A stretch of 64,000 nucleotides of DNA from Candidatus Multivoradales bacterium (GCA_965223325.1 CBDCWI010000002.1:1120001-1184000); one strand, 5' to 3'. Shown: positions 27,880 through 37,009, numbered from the stretch's first letter. Translations and numbers: made by a program. The notes: a model not told the origin generated them from the sequence alone.

Positions 27880-30800
27880 CTAGAACTTCAGAGACAGCGA
27901 GGCTCGGAACTGGCGCGGCCGTTGGAAGTTGCGCCGTACGCGCCCGATCTCACCACGACTTGTGGTGAAGGTCCGCTCCTGCTCGTTCGTCACGTTCAGG
28001 CCCTCGACCCTTAAGCCGCCTCGCACCTGACCAGAAATTGGGAAACCCCAATTCATGCTCATGTTGATGGCGTAGATGTCGGTGAGACGACGTGCTCCGC
28101 GCTCCTCGACGTAGAGCGTGACCCCACTGTTTGCCGCGGTGTTGCCATCGAGGGCGATGGTGCTCACGCCTTCGGTGCGCTGCCAGGGCAGACCGTCCTG
28201 GTACTGGAAGTGACCACCAATGGTCAGGTCGTGCGAACCGATCGCCCAACGCTTGAAGCCGAAGGTGTTCCAGATGATCGGCCGATCGATGTTGTTGGCC
28301 TTTCCAACGCGGTTGATCGTCGAGACCGGTTGCCCAAGGAAGGGGGTCAGCACGCTGCAGTCAACCGGCACGGTCCGAGTCCGCCCTTGGGCGTTCGGGT
28401 TGGTCTGGTTGAACTGGCAGGAATCGATGTGATCCTGCGTCAGGACAACGTGCAGGTCTTCGCCGTAGTCGGAGTTGGTGTTGTTCCACCAGGCACCCGC
28501 GCCACTGGTCTCGGTTTCCGAGAACGTCACGTTATTAAACAGCGCCCACCCGTTGGCGAACCTGCGATTGAGCTGCAGCTGAATCGCCTGATACTCCATC
28601 TTGCCTGGCTCGTAGTTGTTCAGAATCGCGTCGGCGCGTGCGGCGAGCTGTTCTGGCGACTCGTCAGGGAAGACGTTGGTGTTCGCAGCGATGAAGTTGT
28701 CCACAAACCCAATGTTGCGCAGGATGTCGGCGTAGTCGTTGTAGTTGGCGAGCAACTTGAACTGATCGCTCTCCGGCGACAGCTGAATGGTCGCACCGAT
28801 CATGTCGTCGAGTTCCCACCACAGCCCCTTGACGTCGAGGGCCCAGTTGGGTGCAACCTGCCACTCGAAGCCCAGGATCACTTCATCCTTGTAGTAGGGA
28901 TCGATGTCAGATTGGAAGTAGCCCTGGTCGACCAACTCCCACATCCGACCCGAACGCAGCTCGCGCAGTCGGAAGTTGTAGCCGACGCCGTTCTGCGCGC
29001 AGCCGGGGAGTCCAAAAGTAACGTCAAGAAAGTCACAGAAGAGCCACGTCACTTGGTCAGAGCCGATTTCCCCGTTGGGGTTGTCGCGAAGATGCTCCTG
29101 GACCCACTGTTGGTTGAGCTGCGCGTAGTAGCGACCAACATTGGCGGAGAAGAGCATCTGGCCGTCACCACGAATGTCGTACGTCGCCGACAGACGGGGA
29201 GCAAAGTTATTGGCGTCAACGACTTCCCGACCGGTGTCGTTCTCAGCCACTGCGTTCTCGTAGCGCAGACCGAGGTTGAAGGTCCAGTGGTCGCCACTGG
29301 TGAAGCGATCCCGTACATAGAACGCCAGGTCTTCGTTCTTCGTGTTACCGCTCCCGAGGACCATGTCCTCCGGGAAGGTCGTCCAGGCACAGGTGCCCAG
29401 GGCGCGGGTGGCTGGGATCCCCAGCGAGTTGGCGAACGCGACAGTCGACGCATTGGTGCGCGCGATACCGCAGTCGAGCGGGCCGATGCCGCCATTGGCT
29501 GCGTCAAACCCGAACGGGTTGAAGGCGTTGAAGAAGCCGCCATCGTAGACATCGAGGCCCTGGATGTTGGCGTCCCACTCGACTGTCTGCCAGTCGATGC
29601 CGTACTTCAACTCGTGGTTCGAGCCCGCGAACTGCGTCAGGCTGAGGTTGGCCTGATCGCGCGGGAACTCGTTGGTACCGAAACCGTTGTCCAGCAACCA
29701 ACCGTTGTTCCAAGCGCCGTCATTCTGACTGTCCCGGTAGACGTCGAAATTGTTGACCGGAGAATGCGGGAAGATCTCGAGCCCCGGCAGCACCGCGAAA
29801 CGCGGGTCCTGCTGCTTCTGGGCCAGGCACACGCCGGGATCAGTGCTACCGCAGGCGAGGAACTTGTTCTCATCCGACTGCTGGGTGGCGATCTTGGCCT
29901 CGAGGAAGAAATTGTTACTCGCCGACCAGTTCCAGCTCAGGGTACCGAGGGTGCCATCTGAAACATGGGGAGTGGGCGTCCAGAGATCGTTGGATTCCGG
30001 GTTGAAGTACACCCGATCTGCCGGCGTGTCGATCCAAGAGAACGAAAGTGAGTGCGCGGGCGCGGGCTGTACGTTGAACTTGGCGATACGCGCTTCGGTG
30101 TTCAGAGACACGTCGATGGCGTCACCATTGAGCGTGCGGTCGATATCGTTCGTCGACACGTCGCTCCAGGCCAGGAAGAACCAAGCTTTGTCGCGCGCCA
30201 ACGGCCCGCCAAAGCCCAGCTCGAAGCTATCGGACTTGCCGTCCTCTTCCACGTCACCCGTGCCGAAGAAGTCGCGCTTGAAGAAGTTCGGATCTTCGGG
30301 GAAGTTCTGCCGCTGGGTGAGTTCGACGTGGCTGTCGTAGTCAGATTGCCAGGCCGTCTCCTGCCGCTGCCAGAGCAGGTCGCCATGGAACTTGTTGGTT
30401 CCTGACTTCACGATGACATTGGTCGTCGAGCCCACGGCGCGACCGTACTCAGCCGAAGAACCACCGGCTTCCATCGTCACCTCGGTAACCGCCGAGGTCG
30501 GAATGTAGACGCGGCTGCCACCGAAGCGAGCGAAACTCGAGTCGACGCCGTCGATGAAGACCTGCTGGTCAGCCCAGTTGCTGCCGTTGACCGTCGGTCG
30601 AGTACCCTGGATGTCGGCGTTCTGCGAGTCGCTCGATACACCAGGAAGGGTGTTGATGACGCCGTAGTAGGTGCGAGTGGTTCCGGCGGTTTCCTGGCCG
30701 ACCTCAGAGGTCACGGTCGATCCGGCGGTAACGTTGTACTTGTCGACCATCGGCGCTTCCGAGGTAACGGTGATCTCCTCTGAAGTTCCCATGGACAACC

Positions 30801-31107
30801 GAAAGTTCACGTCGGCGCGAGCCCCGCCTGAAACCTGGGTCGCGGCTTCCATGGTGTCGAAGCCGTCCATGTTGGCCGTCACCCTATACTCGCCGGGCAC
30901 CAGGAGAGCGATCCGAAACTCCCCCTTCTCGTCTGTAAAGGCCTCGCGGGCACCGCGGCCAGCGTCAGCAGCGATACGGACGCCTGGAATGGGTGCCCCC
31001 GAGGCGTCGGTGACGACACCGGAGATGACACCGGTCTCCTGGCCATCGGCCCAGGCCATACCCGCCACCGCGGCGACCGCGAGGATCATGATGAAGATTC
31101 GCCTCAT
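27880..31107 (-). CDS. Oar-type TonB-dependent receptor 2
   Basis: Same architecture as receptor 1, a near-identical plug N-terminus (TSEEITVTSEAPMVDKYNVTAG), and a C-terminal Phe. Confidence 0.9.
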   Translation of the reverse strand: MRRIFIMILAVAAVAGMAWADGQETGVISGVVTDASGAPIPGVRIAADAGRGAREAFTDEKGEFRIALLVPGEYRVTANMDGFDTMEAATQVSGGARADVNFRLSMGTSEEITVTSEAPMVDKYNVTAGSTVTSEVGQETAGTTRTYYGVINTLPGVSSDSQNADIQGTRPTVNGSNWADQQVFIDGVDSSFARFGGSRVYIPTSAVTEVTMEAGGSSAEYGRAVGSTTNVIVKSGTNKFHGDLLWQRQETAWQSDYDSHVELTQRQNFPEDPNFFKRDFFGTGDVEEDGKSDSFELGFGGPLARDKAWFFLAWSDVSTNDIDRTLNGDAIDVSLNTEARIAKFNVQPAPAHSLSFSWIDTPADRVYFNPESNDLWTPTPHVSDGTLGTLSWNWSASNNFFLEAKIATQQSDENKFLACGSTDPGVCLAQKQQDPRFAVLPGLEIFPHSPVNNFDVYRDSQNDGAWNNGWLLDNGFGTNEFPRDQANLSLTQFAGSNHELKYGIDWQTVEWDANIQGLDVYDGGFFNAFNPFGFDAANGGIGPLDCGIARTNASTVAFANSLGIPATRALGTCAWTTFPEDMVLGSGNTKNEDLAFYVRDRFTSGDHWTFNLGLRYENAVAENDTGREVVDANNFAPRLSATYDIRGDGQMLFSANVGRYYAQLNQQWVQEHLRDNPNGEIGSDQVTWLFCDFLDVTFGLPGCAQNGVGYNFRLRELRSGRMWELVDQGYFQSDIDPYYKDEVILGFEWQVAPNWALDVKGLWWELDDMIGATIQLSPESDQFKLLANYNDYADILRNIGFVDNFIAANTNVFPDESPEQLAARADAILNNYEPGKMEYQAIQLQLNRRFANGWALFNNVTFSETETSGAGAWWNNTNSDYGEDLHVVLTQDHIDSCQFNQTNPNAQGRTRTVPVDCSVLTPFLGQPVSTINRVGKANNIDRPIIWNTFGFKRWAIGSHDLTIGGHFQYQDGLPWQRTEGVSTIALDGNTAANSGVTLYVEERGARRLTDIYAINMSMNWGFPISGQVRGGLRVEGLNVTNEQERTFTTSRGEIGRVRRNFQRPRQFRASLSLKF

Positions 31108-31393
31108 TGTTGCTTTCCTCTCCCCTACTCAGGGGGTCACTTTCAACGGTTCTAGTTCCAACTCTCGAAAGACCCAGCACCCTTCCCCGCCTGGTCCCGG
31201 CGACTTCAATCGCCCGGAGATTCAGTATCCAGTCGCGGAGAATTCAAAAACATGGAGTGGCTTCTCCAATCAACCGGAGATTCCTGTTTGCGTCTCGCTC
31301 CCAGAGGCGCGACAAAGCAAGGGGGACAGGGGCCACAGACACCGACCGCACAAGCTGGCCGACTGAAACTAGATCGATCGTTCAAGTTCTCTG

Positions 31394-31409
31394 TTCAACT
31401 TTCGTGCCG
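31394..31409 (-). promoter_or_regulatory. sigma54-type promoter upstream of receptor 2
   Basis: Minus-strand CGGCACGAAAGTTGAA, i.e. GGCACG-N4-TTGA, with GA in place of GC at -12. Confidence 0.45.
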
Positions 31410-31527
31410 GTTTCCTGCCGTTTCGTCCCGTACTTACCCCGGTAGACAACTCCGGCTGCATATGATCTGAGCCGGCATACGGTCTACACCCAAGCCCTAC
31501 CTCTCCAACGATGGGAGTCTCCCCGCG

Positions 31528-32007
31528 ATGCTGACCACCAGCCTGACCGTTTCCTTCTTGTTGGCGTTGACTCTCGGCGAAGGGCCTCCGCAGCAAAGCG
31601 CTAGCGGCTGGCCCGCGGGAAGGGAAGAAGCAACCAGTGGTTCGGTGGCGACCGCGCCGGTACCAGCGGCACGGGGGTATCGCATCTACTTCGATCCCGC
31701 GACCGGCCAGATCATCGACGATCCGACGCCGGCCCAGGTTCGCGCTCTTGATCAGGCCGTCGCCCGCGATCGCGGCTCCAGCGGCCCGGAGCTTCGCCGC
31801 GTACCGAGAACCTGGTCGGTCCCTGCCATCGGCGGGACGGGAATTGAGCTCGACGAACGGTTCTTCGTGGGTTTTCGATCGGTCATCGGGGTAGGAGGTG
31901 CCAACACCACGACGTGCTCGCCGCTCGACCACCAGGCGCATCCCCCACCCCCGGTACCTGAGCCTGTTCGGTTCGAGCGCCCTGAGCTTCCATCGGCCGT
32001 CCAGTGA
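31528..32007 (+). CDS. Small secreted protein coupled to the peptidase gene (YFDPATGQ..PT family)
   Basis: Signal peptide and RIYFDPATGQIIDDPTPAQVRAL...GIELDERF. GTGA overlap with the peptidase start. Confidence 0.6.
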   Translation: MLTTSLTVSFLLALTLGEGPPQQSASGWPAGREEATSGSVATAPVPAARGYRIYFDPATGQIIDDPTPAQVRALDQAVARDRGSSGPELRRVPRTWSVPAIGGTGIELDERFFVGFRSVIGVGGANTTTCSPLDHQAHPPPPVPEPVRFERPELPSAVQ

Positions 32008-33788
32008 TCGCGCAACCAAAGAACGCAGCGGCCCTTTTTGCCATTGCCTTTCTCGCTTTGGTTCCAAAGCTCTTGGCAGAGGACGTCTCGGTCCGCATCG
32101 GGGTCGACGGGGATCGACTCGCCGGCGCTGACGACGACGGCAATCTCCTCTTGTACGCCCCAGGCACGGTTTCGTCGGGCTCGTCGATCAGTCACTGGGA
32201 CAACACCGCCACGCCGAACCTGCTGATGGAACCGTCGGCGTCGCGCGACCTGCCGCTTGGCGGCCTCGACGTGACGGTGGCGGCGCTGCGTGATCTCGGG
32301 TGGCCGGCGGGCTCGGGGGCCACCATCACGCCGATGTATCAGGACGGCGGCGGCCAGGGCTTCTTCGATCCCGGCCTCGGCGACCAGCGCCGGCGAGCGT
32401 TCGAGCAGGCTCTGGCAATCTGGGCTGGCCAGTTGCGCAGTCCGGTTCCGATTCGCGTGCGCGCCTCCTTTGAATCGCTGACCTGTGGTTCGGGGGGTGC
32501 GACTCTTGCCGTCGCCGGGCCGCTCCGTCTCTATCAAGGAACCGAACTGCCACAGGACAACACCTGGTACTCGGAGTCGCATGCCGAAGCGATCGTCGGC
32601 CGCGAGCTCAGCGATGCCTCTTCGGCCGATCTCCAGATTCGTTTCAACAGCGAGATCGACAATGGCTGCACCGGTGGCCCAGGCTTCTTCTACGGCACCT
32701 CGGGCTCGCCGCCTGCGGATCGCCCGAGCTTTCTGCCGGTCGCCCTGCACGAGCTGGGTCACGGTCTGGGCTTTGTCTCTCTGGTCGACCTCGGCACTGG
32801 CCAGAAGTTCGGCGGCCGGATCGACGTGTTCTCGGCGCTCATTCGTGACAACGACCAGCAGCGCTTCTGGAGCCAGATGAACGCGGCGCAGATTCTGCGC
32901 TCGGTCACCAACACCGGTGCCGTGGCCTTCACCGGCAGGCGGGCGGCCAACAGCGCGGCGGGCTTTCTCGGCCCGGCCACCACCTTGCGCATCGAAACAC
33001 CAAGAGAGATCGCCGGCACGCTGGCCTTCGGGACCGCAGCCTTCGGACCGGCACCCTCGGCGATGACGGTGACCGGAAACCTGGTGCAGACCACTCCTCG
33101 ACGCGCCTGCTCCCCGATCAGCAAGGACACGACCGGGCTGATCGCGCTCATCGAGCGCGGCGACTGCACCTTCGTAGAGAAAGTCCGCGCGGCACAAGAC
33201 GCCGGAGCCTCAGCCGTCGTCATCTACAACAACGACGGCAGCGGAGTCATCAACATGGGCGGCAGCGACGGCTCGATCACCATCCCATCGCTGTTCATCG
33301 CCCAGAGCGACGGCCGGGACCTCGTCGCCACCCTCGAAGGCGCAGACCCAGACGACCCGGGCGACCCTGGAGATCCTGGAGATCCCGGCGAAGAGCCACC
33401 GATCGAGGACGACGCCGAGGAACCCAGTGTGTGCTCTGAAGACGCGATAACCGAGTGCATCCAAGGCGACCGCTTCCGCATTCGCATGGCCTACGAGCTC
33501 CAGAACGGCGAAAGGGGTGACGGGCTGGCCTTCGAGCTCACCGAAGACACCGGCTACTTCGTGTTCACCAATACCGACAACGTCGAGATCGTCGTCAAGG
33601 TCCTCGACGCCTGCCAGGTCTTCGACCGCTTCTGGGTGTTCGCTGCTGGCCTGACCGATCAGAAGATCACCCTCGAGGTCACCGATACCGCAACCGGTCG
33701 CATTCGGAGATACCGCAACGATCTCAAACAGACCTACCAACCGATCCTCGACACCGCAGCGTTCGACACCTGTGGCGCGGGGGGCTAG
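32004..33788 (+). CDS. Secreted PA-domain zinc metallopeptidase, apparently circularly permuted, with a Cys-containing C-terminal domain
   Basis: Signal peptide, HELGHGLGF, PA domain (IALIERGDCTFVEKVRAAQDAGASAVVIYNN), DPG-repeat linker and a ~115 aa C-domain. Confidence 0.85.
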   Translation: MIAQPKNAAALFAIAFLALVPKLLAEDVSVRIGVDGDRLAGADDDGNLLLYAPGTVSSGSSISHWDNTATPNLLMEPSASRDLPLGGLDVTVAALRDLGWPAGSGATITPMYQDGGGQGFFDPGLGDQRRRAFEQALAIWAGQLRSPVPIRVRASFESLTCGSGGATLAVAGPLRLYQGTELPQDNTWYSESHAEAIVGRELSDASSADLQIRFNSEIDNGCTGGPGFFYGTSGSPPADRPSFLPVALHELGHGLGFVSLVDLGTGQKFGGRIDVFSALIRDNDQQRFWSQMNAAQILRSVTNTGAVAFTGRRAANSAAGFLGPATTLRIETPREIAGTLAFGTAAFGPAPSAMTVTGNLVQTTPRRACSPISKDTTGLIALIERGDCTFVEKVRAAQDAGASAVVIYNNDGSGVINMGGSDGSITIPSLFIAQSDGRDLVATLEGADPDDPGDPGDPGDPGEEPPIEDDAEEPSVCSEDAITECIQGDRFRIRMAYELQNGERGDGLAFELTEDTGYFVFTNTDNVEIVVKVLDACQVFDRFWVFAAGLTDQKITLEVTDTATGRIRRYRNDLKQTYQPILDTAAFDTCGAGG

Positions 33789-33933
33789 CCGAGTCGGCGG
33801 CGGCGAGGCGTGGGGCGTGGTGCTTTGGCGGCGCGGCAGAGAGGGCGCCGCCTGAACCCTGGCGACGCTCGACCAGATCGTGCGACTAAGCTCGACCGGA
33901 AGCGCTTCAGAACGGGTACGGACGCTACAACGG

Positions 33934-35487
33934 ATGGGTTTACCGAACAGAGACCAGAACTCTGGCAGCGCCAGGGAGCGCCGATCGGCGATCACGCTGG
34001 TGCTGGCGCTTCTTCTTCTCGCGGCCTGGATGGTCGCACCGCGGCTGTTCCAACACTGGAATCGAACGACGCCGGTCTCCTTCGAGTCCTTTCCGATCGA
34101 GGGTGACCTGACACCTGAGCGCAACTTCGCCTTTTCGCACGAGGGCATCGAGCTCAACGGCTGGTCGCCGCGTGCCGTCTCCGTAACGGCGGGAGGCAAA
34201 CCTCTCGAACGCACGTCGGCTCGGCGGGTGCGAAAAACGGGCGACGGAACTTTTCATATCGGCCAGGGCGGTCGCCTTCTCGTGGCTCCTCCCGGCAACC
34301 AGAACCCCACCGCGCTCGAGATCGAGGTCAGCCAGCCCCGCGACCTCCCACCTCGCTCCCTGGTGGGCGCGCTGTCGATCTTCGTCTTTCTGCATGTCGG
34401 CACGTTGGTGGCGCTGGCGCGCCAGCTGTGGACCAGGCCACTCCTGCGCGCGCTCCCGCCGGTGATCCTGGCGATGCTCAGCGGTCTGCTCACCTTGCAC
34501 GCGGCCAATGCACACCTACCGCCCTCACGGGCCGACTCGATCGGGGAGCGCCAACGACAGTTCGCCCAAGCGATAAAGAACGAGAGTCCGCCGCCCGATA
34601 CGGTCTTCCTCGGGTCGAGTGTGATCTACAGGCAACTCGATCCGGCGACTTTCGACGACGCTTTCGCTCACGCGAAGCGTCCCCGGCGCTCATTCAACCT
34701 GGGAGCCGCCGGGGCGAGAATGCCTGAGGTCCTGCACCTCGCAAGCTGGGCGCTAGAGCGCGGCGAGGGCCAGATCGACCTGCTGGTGGTCGAACCACGG
34801 GACAGGCCGTTCGATCCCCTGGGCACCCGCCGACTCGCCGCCCGCAGCGTCGCCTGGCACACCTCTCGCGCGCTCTGGATGGTCGCCCGCGGCCTCCACC
34901 AGGACGGAATCGGAGCCGAGGAGGCTGCTCTTCGCATGAGCGAGCACTTGCCCGCCTGGGGTAGGAACACGCTCGCGCTCGGCCGCGGGCTCGACGGTCT
35001 CGACGCGCTCTTCGCAGTCAAACCCCGCTGGATCAACCCGAGTCGACGCGGCTTTCTGCCGCTCGACCTGCAGCCGAACCTGGCCAGGCGCCACGCCACG
35101 TTTCTTGACCGACCCAAGACCTGGGAGAGAGCCGTCGAAGAGCTGCTCGCCAGCCACGGCACCGGCACGCCGACCAGTGCTTTCGAACTCGAGATGTTCC
35201 TTCAACTCGAACACCTGGCCGCGGAGCACGGTGCCGACGTCGTCTGGCTGATCGCCCCCCACATCACACGACGACCCAATATGGTCTACGCCCACGATCA
35301 AGGACACGTCGAGACCCTCTTGCGCTTCGACGACCCACAAGAACACTCTCGCTACTACGACCTCTCGGCCCGCTTCGACGCCGGACATCTCAACCAGCGC
35401 GCCGCCCTCCTTTGGAGCCGCGACGTTGCAGAGCGCATTCTCGCCCTTGAACGTGACTCCGAGCGAGTCAGCGAGCTCCAGCCGTGA
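33934..35487 (+). CDS. Membrane-anchored SGNH-like O-acyltransferase partner (AlgJ/DltD-like)
   Basis: TM helices, FLGSS, FNLGAAG and C-terminal FDAGHLN (DxxH). Overlaps the MBOAT start. Confidence 0.65.
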   Translation: MGLPNRDQNSGSARERRSAITLVLALLLLAAWMVAPRLFQHWNRTTPVSFESFPIEGDLTPERNFAFSHEGIELNGWSPRAVSVTAGGKPLERTSARRVRKTGDGTFHIGQGGRLLVAPPGNQNPTALEIEVSQPRDLPPRSLVGALSIFVFLHVGTLVALARQLWTRPLLRALPPVILAMLSGLLTLHAANAHLPPSRADSIGERQRQFAQAIKNESPPPDTVFLGSSVIYRQLDPATFDDAFAHAKRPRRSFNLGAAGARMPEVLHLASWALERGEGQIDLLVVEPRDRPFDPLGTRRLAARSVAWHTSRALWMVARGLHQDGIGAEEAALRMSEHLPAWGRNTLALGRGLDGLDALFAVKPRWINPSRRGFLPLDLQPNLARRHATFLDRPKTWERAVEELLASHGTGTPTSAFELEMFLQLEHLAAEHGADVVWLIAPHITRRPNMVYAHDQGHVETLLRFDDPQEHSRYYDLSARFDAGHLNQRAALLWSRDVAERILALERDSERVSELQP

Positions 35488-36899
35488 TCTTCACCGAGTT
35501 TCGCTTCCTCGCCTTCTTCGGGCTCGTCCTCGCGGTCTACTGGTCACTCGAAGGCAATCGCCTGCGCAAGATCTGGCTGCTGGCGGCGAGCTATGCGTTC
35601 TACGCCGCCTGGGACTGGCGCTTTTTGTCGCTCATTCTCATCTCGACGCTGGTCGACTACGCGGTAGGCACGCGACTGGCGACAACCGACTCGGAGTCCC
35701 GCCGCCGCGCCCTCCTCCTCGCCAGCCTGGTCACCAACCTCGGGCTACTCGGCTTTTTCAAGTACTTCGGTTTCTTCGTCGACTCGGCGGTCGATCTGGG
35801 TTCATTTCTCGGGTTCTCGCTCAGCCGACCAACGCTCGAGATCGTGTTGCCGGTCGGCATCAGCTTCTACACCTTCCAGACGCTCAGCTACACCATTGAC
35901 GTCTATCGTCGCGGCCTCGAGGCGACGCGCAACCTGCTCGACCTGGCGCTGTTCGTCGCCTTCTTCCCGCAGCTGGTGGCGGGGCCGATCGTGCGCGCTT
36001 CGTACTTCCTGCCGCAGCTGCACGAGGAGCGCCGCTGGCAGAACGTCGCCGCGCGTTCTCACCTGGTCTTGTTCCTCATCGGCTTTGCCAAGAAGGCCTG
36101 CATCTCCGACAACATCTCGCCCTTCGTCGACAGCTACTTCGCCGCCCCGGAGGGCTGGAGCGCAGGGGCCGCGTGGCTAGCGGTGTTGCTCTACGCCATT
36201 CAGATCTACTGCGACTTCTCCGGTTACTCGGACATGGCGATCGCCACCGCTGGACTTCTGGGCTACGACCTGGGACCGAACTTTCGTTCCCCCTACGTCG
36301 CCCTCAACCCGCGGGACTTCTGGCAGCGTTGGCACATCAGCCTATCGACCTGGCTGCGCGACTACCTGTACATCCCACTGGGCGGCAACCGCGGCAGCAC
36401 GATCTTCACTTACCGCAACCTGATGCTCACCATGCTGCTCGGAGGGTTGTGGCACGGGGCCGCCTGGCACTTCGTCGTCTGGGGTTTCCTGCATGGCCTG
36501 GCACTCTGCCTGCACCGGCTGGTCCGTACTGACGGGAAAGAGCAGGGGGCCTCTCCTCTCAAACGCATTGCCTCGACCCTCGCCATGCAGTACTGGGTGT
36601 GCCTGGCGTGGATCTTCTTCCGAGCGGAGAGCTGGGGCGATGCGATGGTCACCGCAAAGGCCTGGTTGTTCTGGAGCAGCCCGGGCTCTCTGACTCTCGA
36701 TGCGCGCTGGTGGTGGTTCATCGCCGCCTTCGCGCTAGCCCACTGGGTGGGCGCTCGCTACGCCAGCACCGATGAACCCTTCCTTCCCGGCGCACGGCTC
36801 CCACAGCCCCTTTTTGCAGCCGCCTACGGCGTCGCCACCGCCATCGTCCTCCTCTTCGTTCAGGTCGACGTACAGCCCTTCATCTACTTCCAGTTCTAG
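35484..36899 (+). CDS. MBOAT O-acyltransferase (AlgI/DltB/PatA family)
   Basis: Motifs LPVGISFYTFQ, FFPQLVAGPI, DFSGYSDMA, FWQRWHISLS, LGGLWHGA and C-terminal FIYFQF. Confidence 0.95.
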   Translation: MIFTEFRFLAFFGLVLAVYWSLEGNRLRKIWLLAASYAFYAAWDWRFLSLILISTLVDYAVGTRLATTDSESRRRALLLASLVTNLGLLGFFKYFGFFVDSAVDLGSFLGFSLSRPTLEIVLPVGISFYTFQTLSYTIDVYRRGLEATRNLLDLALFVAFFPQLVAGPIVRASYFLPQLHEERRWQNVAARSHLVLFLIGFAKKACISDNISPFVDSYFAAPEGWSAGAAWLAVLLYAIQIYCDFSGYSDMAIATAGLLGYDLGPNFRSPYVALNPRDFWQRWHISLSTWLRDYLYIPLGGNRGSTIFTYRNLMLTMLLGGLWHGAAWHFVVWGFLHGLALCLHRLVRTDGKEQGASPLKRIASTLAMQYWVCLAWIFFRAESWGDAMVTAKAWLFWSSPGSLTLDARWWWFIAAFALAHWVGARYASTDEPFLPGARLPQPLFAAAYGVATAIVLLFVQVDVQPFIYFQF

Positions 36900-37009
36900 T
36901 GAGGTCCGTGGTTTTCGACCAATGCGCTGCGGACCTTGATTGGGTAGGCGGTGCTGTTGGAATTCCCGCCTCGACGTCTCGGCCTGTCGTGTACCACGGA
37001 CCTCACTAG
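36896..37009. mobile_element. CTAG-bounded MITE-like element at the MBOAT stop codon
   Basis: Perfect 18 bp inverted repeat, tctagtgaggtccgtggt (36895-36912) and accacggacctcactaga (36993-37010). No coding capacity. Confidence 0.6.

Noticed and set aside
28210-29961. 583 aa plus-strand ORF, and similar long antisense ORFs at 527-1636, 31752-33197, 58704-60125 and 62050-63180
   Set aside because: These are shadow ORFs opposite well-supported genes, expected from high-GC codon bias, with no recognisable motifs.
33345-33392. 9 bp DPG repeats as a DNA repeat element or collagen-like domain
   Set aside because: This is a short Pro/Asp/Gly linker with synonymous variation, an ordinary interdomain spacer.
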